This document shows positions 56,779-64,000 of a stretch of DNA of 64,000 nucleotides, piece by piece. Position numbers and translations under genes: made by a program. Within the stretch, counting starts at the first letter, position 1, and every line of letters starts with the position of its first letter. The notes under the pieces were generated by a model. That model did not search any database and was not told the DNA's origin. It was given only the letters and a program-made list of their open reading frames with translations. Origin of the DNA: Candidatus Uhrbacteria bacterium (GTDB taxonomy: Bacteria > Patescibacteriota > Patescibacteriia > UBA9934 > GWF2-40-263); the NCBI GenBank assembly GCA_037131775.1, contig JBAXQK010000001.1, positions 76,708 to 140,707 of the forward strand. The letters run 5' to 3'.

Positions 56779-59013
56779 CTAGTCGAACTTGATCGTCTGG
56801 CCCGAGTAGACCGTACCGGTCTTCAGCGGAACCCAGCCGTCGTTGTCGTCGGATGGCGACGGGGCGATCGGCGCGGGTGGTTTCGGGGTTGGGGCGGGCG
56901 TCGTGACGGGAGTCGGAACCGGAGCCGGATTACTACCAACGCTCGGTGTTGGCAGTTGCGGTTTGGGAGCGACGGGTTGTTGTAGGTGTGGGTTTGAGTT
57001 GTTTGTAGTTTGTGGCGCTACGGGCGGCCGAGGCTTCGGATTCTGCAGGAACGCCTGTGGGGAATTCGGGCCGCCGGTGCCCTTGTTAGGGCGCTTGCGT
57101 CGCGTGTCCTTGCCTGGGACGAAGGGGCGCGGTCCTGTCGCGGCCGGGGTTGGCTGCGGTTGTCGCGGAGTCGACGGAGAGCCGTGCGTCGCGGCAACCG
57201 CGATCGGCGCGGCTGACGTGACCGTCGGGGGGCTGTTCAGCGGGGATGAGAGCATTTGGGACATGAAGTCGGTCGCGGGCGCTGGCGTCGAGACGACGGG
57301 CTTCGGCGCGACGACCACCCCTGACCCCTCCTGCCTATCAGGAGGGGAAACGTGCTTGATGACCGGGGCTGCCGGGGGCCTGGCGACTGGGGCCAATGCG
57401 GTGAGCGATACGGACGACACGGGACGGGCCGCCGCGACGGGCGGACGATCGACGGGCGCGCTGTCCAACGAGCGCAATGGCGGCGGAGGCGGGGACGGCG
57501 GGCGCCTCGTGTCCTTGCGATCCTTCCCTTTCGCGCGTTCCTCCTTCACAATCTCGATGCACTCCTCGCAATAGATCGGACGGCTCGTGTCGAGCTGCAC
57601 CGCGAGCGCGATATCCTTGTTGCAGCGCGAACACTTATAGTCGAACCTTGGCTTCTTCGATCCTTTCGCATCTTTCTTCTTTGCTTCCATCTCCGCGACC
57701 ATCTTCCCGATGGACTCGTCGTCGCCCATCCCGGTCCACTTCATGATCTTGTCGGCGATCTCCTCGCGCGGCGTCGTGTACCGCTCGCGGCTCACCTTGA
57801 TCACCTTTTCCTCCGACCCGGTGCGCTTGGCAATCGGCGGAAGCGTCATTGCGGAGAACGGCTGGCTCGTGACGCCGTCGATGAGCAGCTTGAGATAAAT
57901 GTTGTACTTCGGCAGGTTGATAATGTCCTCCGGCAAAAAGCGCGGGGCAAACTCCGTTTCCATGTACGCGGCGTCCGGCGAACCGACGCGGAAGGTGACG
58001 ATCGTTCCGACGTTTCCAAACACCGCCTCGCGTACCTCGTCGGAGAGCTGGGCGATGTACTGGTGGGCCATCGTCAGGCAGAGGCGGTACTTGCGCGCCT
58101 CGGACAGGATGCCGGCGAACGATTCCGTCGCGAAGTTCTGGAACTCGTCCACGTACATGTAAAAGTCCTTGCGCTCGTGCTCCGGCTGGTCCACGCGTTC
58201 CATGGCCGACAGCTGCAGCTTCGTGATCAGAAGCCCTCCGAGAAGGCGCATGTTGTCCTCGCCGATGCGGCCCTTCGACAGGTTGATGATCAGGATCTTC
58301 TGCTCGTCCATCAGCTGGCGGATGTTGATGGTCGACTTTACCTGGGCGACGATGTTGCGAATGACCGAGGCGGACAAAAACTGACCGATCTTGTTCTGGA
58401 TCGGGGCCACGGCCTCCTGCGCGTACTTCTCCTGGTAGCTGGCGAATTCCACCAGCCAGAACTGCTTCACCACCGGATCCTGCACGTTCGCGACGATCTT
58501 GCGTCGGAAGTCCGCGTCGGACAGCATGCGATTGATCCCAAGCAGCGTCGACCCCGGGTTGTCGAGCAGCGCGAGGATCGCGTTGTTCAAAATGTACTCC
58601 ATGCGCGCGCTCCAGAGGTTCTCCCAGAGCTTCTTGAACACGCCCATCATTCCGGACGCGACCAGGTGCTTCGTCTTCTCGCTGACCGTCTCCAAGATGT
58701 TGAATCCGATCGGAAAATCAAGGTCGGCCGGATTGAAGTAGATGACGTCGTTTATGCGCCAGCTCGGGATATAGTCGATAAGCCGCTCGGCCGTGTCGCC
58801 GTGCGGGTCGATGTACGCGCATCCGTGACCGGCATAGATGTCGGTAAGGATGAGATTTTCGAGCAGAACCGTCTTGCCCATGCCCGTCTTTCCGATCACG
58901 TACACGTGGCGGCGGCGGTCATCGGTCTTAACGCCAAATTTCCGCATCTGATTGCGGAAATTGGTGCGCGCGAAATAGTTTACCTCGTTCTCGTGATCGT
59001 GGGCGTAGCTCAT
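56779..59013 (-). CDS. TraG/VirD4-like (type IV coupling protein/HerA superfamily) ATPase with CxxC-x17-CxxC zinc ribbon and long Pro-rich tail
   Basis: DRRRHVYVIGKTGMGKT, IDPHGD, YVDEFQNF, SEARKYRL, AHQYIAQL; CSRC-x17-CEEC. Confidence 0.9.
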   Translation of the reverse strand: MSYAHDHENEVNYFARTNFRNQMRKFGVKTDDRRRHVYVIGKTGMGKTVLLENLILTDIYAGHGCAYIDPHGDTAERLIDYIPSWRINDVIYFNPADLDFPIGFNILETVSEKTKHLVASGMMGVFKKLWENLWSARMEYILNNAILALLDNPGSTLLGINRMLSDADFRRKIVANVQDPVVKQFWLVEFASYQEKYAQEAVAPIQNKIGQFLSASVIRNIVAQVKSTINIRQLMDEQKILIINLSKGRIGEDNMRLLGGLLITKLQLSAMERVDQPEHERKDFYMYVDEFQNFATESFAGILSEARKYRLCLTMAHQYIAQLSDEVREAVFGNVGTIVTFRVGSPDAAYMETEFAPRFLPEDIINLPKYNIYLKLLIDGVTSQPFSAMTLPPIAKRTGSEEKVIKVSRERYTTPREEIADKIMKWTGMGDDESIGKMVAEMEAKKKDAKGSKKPRFDYKCSRCNKDIALAVQLDTSRPIYCEECIEIVKEERAKGKDRKDTRRPPSPPPPPLRSLDSAPVDRPPVAAARPVSSVSLTALAPVARPPAAPVIKHVSPPDRQEGSGVVVAPKPVVSTPAPATDFMSQMLSSPLNSPPTVTSAAPIAVAATHGSPSTPRQPQPTPAATGPRPFVPGKDTRRKRPNKGTGGPNSPQAFLQNPKPRPPVAPQTTNNSNPHLQQPVAPKPQLPTPSVGSNPAPVPTPVTTPAPTPKPPAPIAPSPSDDNDGWVPLKTGTVYSGQTIKFD
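57310..57351 (-). repeat. CCCCTCCT hairpin element, copy 6 (compensatory variant, in frame)
   Basis: encodes VSPPDRQEGSGVVV in the Pro-rich tail. Confidence 0.95.
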
Positions 59014-60668
59014 ACGGGAAGGTTCGGGGGAATACCGTCGTCGACCCATCCTGGCGGCGGTCCGGGGAGCTCAACGTCGGCGGGAGGACCCATGTCAACC
59101 GCGTCGAGCCCGTCCTCGCCTTCCTCGTCAGGAGTAAACTGATGCGCGGATGCGGGAGCCTCGGACGGTTCCATTCCAGGCAGCCGGATTTCCGGCTCCT
59201 GCGCCGTTTCATGCGATTGAACGTGCGAACCATGGTCCTCATGCGCACCGCCCCCATGCGACTCCGCCACTCCACCCTGGTGCGCGGACAAAACCGGGGC
59301 ATGCGCGGAAACCGGCATGCGGGTCGGCATCGAGTGATGGTCGACGTCGTCGGATCCAATCGGCAGGCCAACCGGCGGCTCGGCGCGCTTGGCGTCGGCC
59401 TTCTTCACGAGCGGCGCCTTCACCGTGATCGACGGGAAATGCCACAGCGTGGCAAGCTCCTCGATGTTGAGCGTCCATGCTTCCGCGCCAATTCCCCATG
59501 ATCGGTTGCGGAACGCGCGAACGAGTCTCCCTTGCCTGGTGGCATACGTCCATGCCTGCCAGAAATAGTCGTCCTTCGGCGTTGCATCGCCGTGCAATCC
59601 GAGCGAGTTCATGTTCAGGTGCGCGAACTGGTTGAACATCCCCTTTACGAACGCGGTGCGGGCCTGCTTGTCGTACACGCCCTTCTTTCCAATGTACACC
59701 AGTCGCATCTTGGTCTTGAATCCCACCTTGCCGATCTTCTTGAGAACGCCCTCAACCTGCTCTTTCTCGGCCATGGTAATCTTGAACGCCTTCCACATGT
59801 CTGGATCCTGCGCCGGCTTCGCATGTGGGTCCGCCGCCGTGGAAAACCCAAACGCTTCCATCGCGATGTCCGCCGGAATCGAGAGCGTGTTGCTGATCAA
59901 GTTTTCAAACATCCCCGGCTTGTGCTTTGCCTCGTTGCCGAACACTTTGTTGATAAAGTCCTCGCCCGCCTTCTTCCAGTCGTTCCCGTTCGGCTTGATA
60001 ATGATTTGAATCCAAAAGTGCTCGCCGACCTTCATTTTTGCCAATTGTTCCAAAATCGGTCCGAGCGGATCCTTCAGCTCGCCGGAAATCTTGTCCTCGA
60101 AGTCGGTATACGTGCGCAACGGAAAAATTTCCGGTTTCTTCAGGATAAGCTCGCTTCCCCACGTATCCCAGGTATCGTTCGGATATTCTCCCGGAGCCCA
60201 GGATGCATAGTCCTCGACTTCGGTTATTTCCGCTTCCGGATATGCCGCGTAGATGCCCGCCTCAACGACGTCGCGATACCGGGTTTGCACTCGCACGTAA
60301 TACTGGACATAGCCCTCGGTCGACACGATCTCGAACGAGAACGGAGACTGAAACTTTCCAATGATCCACTTTTCCTTCCAGGTCAGGTTCGAATACGATC
60401 CCCAAAGCGAGGAGAACATGTTCTCGAGCGCCTTCGGGGTCTGCTCCGTCATGGGAGGAACGTCGATCGCCAGCAGAGCGAATTTGAGCGAGGCCGCGTA
60501 CTTTTCCTGACGGGTGACCTCCCAAACTTTAGTGATTCCCCACAATATCGTAATAACGATTGGGACCCATCCAAACCAAACGAGTATATCGTAGAGAACC
60601 ACGTCGATGGGTTGGTTCCAGAACAGCGGCGACGAAAGGGACGCAATGATGGATGCGGCGAAGAACAT
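59010..60668 (-). CDS. Membrane-anchored partner protein of the VirD4-like ATPase
   Basis: N-terminal TM, FSFEIVS, YPEAEITEVEDY, LNIEELATLWHFP, C-terminal PPNLPV; 4-bp overlap with the ATPase. Confidence 0.8.
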   Translation of the reverse strand: MFFAASIIASLSSPLFWNQPIDVVLYDILVWFGWVPIVITILWGITKVWEVTRQEKYAASLKFALLAIDVPPMTEQTPKALENMFSSLWGSYSNLTWKEKWIIGKFQSPFSFEIVSTEGYVQYYVRVQTRYRDVVEAGIYAAYPEAEITEVEDYASWAPGEYPNDTWDTWGSELILKKPEIFPLRTYTDFEDKISGELKDPLGPILEQLAKMKVGEHFWIQIIIKPNGNDWKKAGEDFINKVFGNEAKHKPGMFENLISNTLSIPADIAMEAFGFSTAADPHAKPAQDPDMWKAFKITMAEKEQVEGVLKKIGKVGFKTKMRLVYIGKKGVYDKQARTAFVKGMFNQFAHLNMNSLGLHGDATPKDDYFWQAWTYATRQGRLVRAFRNRSWGIGAEAWTLNIEELATLWHFPSITVKAPLVKKADAKRAEPPVGLPIGSDDVDHHSMPTRMPVSAHAPVLSAHQGGVAESHGGGAHEDHGSHVQSHETAQEPEIRLPGMEPSEAPASAHQFTPDEEGEDGLDAVDMGPPADVELPGPPPGWVDDGIPPNLPV

Positions 60669-60700
60669 AGTAACGGAAGTATAGCATACCTCCTTTAAAG

Positions 60701-60725
60701 AAAAAAACGCCGGTGACCGACGTTT
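60701..60725 (-). terminator. Terminator of the radical SAM gene
   Basis: minus strand AAACGTCGG-TCA-CCGGCGTTT-TTTT. Confidence 0.75.
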
Positions 60726-60739
60726 GAGACAAGAACCAA

Positions 60740-61657
60740 TCAATGGTTCGGAGCGCACTTGGGCTGACAGTATCCGGGGTGGCAGTTCGGCCTGCAAATT
60801 TCTTTCGGGTCGCAGGAATCGTCGTCGACCTTCGGCTGGCGCGCGATCATCTCGGCGCTGAAGGATGAGAGCGGGAGACCCTCCAGGATCGGTCGCAGGC
60901 CGGCGTGCACGTTGCCGGTCGGGAACGCGCGGCCGAAGACGCAGGGAAATGAGTCGCCGTTGATGTCCACGGCCAGGCGACCCTTGTAGCACTGGCCACA
61001 GAGGGCGGCCATCGGGTCTTCCTTCCACCCCGTGCTGCCATCGCGCTCGCCGCGACCGACCGCGCGAACGTGGTCGACGCCGACCTCCGTGACGCCAAGC
61101 GAACGAACGTACGCCAGCGCCTGGTCGATCCGGTCCGCGTTCTCGCCCTGTTCAATGACGCCCACGCGCACTTTGACGCCGCGGTCGACGAGATTGCGGA
61201 TCCCCTTCTCCGTGGCCGCGTGGCTCCCCGAGCGCATCGTGACGCGGTCGTGGGTATCGGCATCCTCGGCGTAGACGGAGACGGCGACGCGGGTTCCGAG
61301 CTCGCGGAAGAGGTCGGCCACGTCCTCCTTGAGGAATGTCGCGTTGGTGAACACCTCCACGTCCATCCCCGAGGCGTGCGCGGCGCGCAGCAGGGTCTGG
61401 AAGGACGGGTGGAGGAGCGGCTCTCCGCCGATGAACTGCACCCCCTTGCATCCGACGTCTCGTGCCTCGCCGATGAGGCCGATCCAGTCCTGCTCGGTCA
61501 TCGTGCCGGTCAGCTCCGCACTGGGGCTCGACTGGACATAGCAGTGCTGACAGGCGAGGTTGCACCGCTTGGTGACCTCCAGCCAGAGAAACTCGAGCAG
61601 CGGGACGGTCTGGAGCGGGAGAGGCGCGGAACAGTCTTGGGTCTGCGGGGTTTGCAT
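60740..61657 (-). CDS. Radical SAM enzyme with Twitch/SPASM-like domain and C-terminal (CxP)x5 tail
   Basis: CNLACQHC (CxxxCxxC), FIGGEP, LCGQC...GDSFPC; tail CDPKEICRPNCHPGYCQPKCAPNH. Confidence 0.92.
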   Translation of the reverse strand: MQTPQTQDCSAPLPLQTVPLLEFLWLEVTKRCNLACQHCYVQSSPSAELTGTMTEQDWIGLIGEARDVGCKGVQFIGGEPLLHPSFQTLLRAAHASGMDVEVFTNATFLKEDVADLFRELGTRVAVSVYAEDADTHDRVTMRSGSHAATEKGIRNLVDRGVKVRVGVIEQGENADRIDQALAYVRSLGVTEVGVDHVRAVGRGERDGSTGWKEDPMAALCGQCYKGRLAVDINGDSFPCVFGRAFPTGNVHAGLRPILEGLPLSSFSAEMIARQPKVDDDSCDPKEICRPNCHPGYCQPKCAPNH

Positions 61658-61746
61658 GGTCGCACTTTGTCCAAAGCTCTGCTATTTCATACGGTTTTGC
61701 CTCAAGAAATTCGATGCATTACCGCATAAACTCTATAGAAAGCAAA

Positions 61747-61781
61747 GAACGCACCGATTGCAACACAATCAGTGCGTTCTG
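61747..61781. terminator. Long hairpin downstream of secF
   Basis: AGAACGCACCGATTG-CAACA-CAATCAGTGCGTTCT. Confidence 0.7.
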
Positions 61782-61796
61782 TAAATACCTCATGAC

Positions 61797-62693
61797 CTAT
61801 TTTTTCTTCATCATCTCCCACTCCACGAGCGCCGGGCTCGCGAAGAAGATCGACGAGTACGTTCCCACGAGAACGCCGATGAGCAGCGCCAGGGCGAACG
61901 GGCGGGTCGTTTCGCCGCCGATCACGAGGATCGAGGAGAGCGCGAGAAGCACGGTCACCGACGTGTTGATCGAACGAATGTACGTCTGCTGGATCGACTT
62001 TTCCACGATGTCCTCGAACGGCTCGCCGGTGTGGCGGGACAGGTTCTCGCGGGTCCGGTCGAACACGACGACCGTGTCGGAGATCGAGTAACCGAGGATG
62101 GTCAGCATGGCCGCGATGAACGCCGTGCCCACTTCCCAGTGCCAGTAATGGCCGATGACCGCGAAGACGCCGAGCGGAATGATGACGTCATGCGCCGCGC
62201 AGAGCACGGTGAGGATGCCGTACTTCCAGGAGGCGATCGGCTCGGAAACCTTTCGGAACGCCCAGGAGATGTAGAGGCCGATCAGCACGAGCGTGGTGAC
62301 GAGGCCGAGCAGCGCGGACTTGCGGAGCTCGTTGCCGATCACCGGGCCGATGGAATCGAACTTGTCCTCGGTAAAGTCGCCGAACTTCGCGTGAAGCGTC
62401 GTCAGAACGGCCTGGTGCTGTTCCTCGGTGAGCGACTGCAGGCGGACGAGCGCGCGATTGTCGGACGAGGACTGGACCGTCACGCTCTGCTCGCCGGAAT
62501 CGGTCAGGGCCGAGGTGATGTCCGCGGAAGACGGAGCGGCGTTCGCGAAGGAAAGCTCCATGAGCGATCCTCCCTTGAAGTCGATGGAGAACTGGAGGCC
62601 GAACACGGCGAGGGCGACGAAGCTGGCGACGATCGAGAGACCGGACAGGGCGAACCACCAGCGGCGCAGCCCGACGAAAGAGAATTTTTTCAT
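61797..62693 (-). CDS. secF: Protein translocase subunit SecF
   Basis: SIDFKGGS, GYSISDTVVVFDRTREN, RSINTS, GTYSSIF. Confidence 0.97.
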   Translation of the reverse strand: MKKFSFVGLRRWWFALSGLSIVASFVALAVFGLQFSIDFKGGSLMELSFANAAPSSADITSALTDSGEQSVTVQSSSDNRALVRLQSLTEEQHQAVLTTLHAKFGDFTEDKFDSIGPVIGNELRKSALLGLVTTLVLIGLYISWAFRKVSEPIASWKYGILTVLCAAHDVIIPLGVFAVIGHYWHWEVGTAFIAAMLTILGYSISDTVVVFDRTRENLSRHTGEPFEDIVEKSIQQTYIRSINTSVTVLLALSSILVIGGETTRPFALALLIGVLVGTYSSIFFASPALVEWEMMKKK

Positions 62694-62694
62694 A

Positions 62695-63999
<1,305 letters not shown>

Positions 64000-64000
64000 G

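Noticed and set aside
20461-57351. Repeats as a CRISPR array or KOPS motifs
   Set aside because: Copies are dispersed without regular spacers and no cas genes are present; GGTCAGGG does not match the KOPS consensus GGGNAGGG.
56779-60668. Conjugative element or ICE suggested by the VirD4-like ATPase
   Set aside because: No relaxase, integrase, VirB genes or att sites in the window; codon usage matches the chromosome.

Overview
High-GC, gene-dense bacterial chromosome segment. Gene content (short L13, RpoA without alpha-CTD, short AlaRS, stand-alone PduL, a TraG/VirD4-like ATPase with its upstream partner, core genes without Shine-Dalgarno sites) points to Patescibacteria/CPR; this is inference. 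Most genes are housekeeping: atpGDC, a UvrD-nuclease fusion, mreBCD-mrdA, greA-lysS, alr, pgi, gltX, clpB with a CIRCE operator, priA-def-fmt, a glycosylation cluster, the infA-rpsI ribosomal block, alaS, murJ, rlmD-like, era, mnmA and secDF. No tRNA, rRNA, CRISPR array or transposase was recognised. The main unexplained signal is a set of miniature repeated elements, many sitting in frame inside proteins: (1) a ~40-bp hairpin-plus-tail element in six copies with a compensatory base-pair change, five of them adding PP(H/D)R(E/Q)EGSGVV to PriA (twice), a GT4, MnmA and the VirD4-like ATPase; (2) a REPIN-like 22-bp element in UvrD and RlmD; (3) mirrored 7/8-mer tandem arrays running from stop codon to start codon. 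Other candidates are a radical SAM/Twitch enzyme with a fused (CxP)x5 tail, paralogous orphan genes whose promoter, SD and terminator are far better conserved than their proteins, and a SecD with an inserted parvulin domain.
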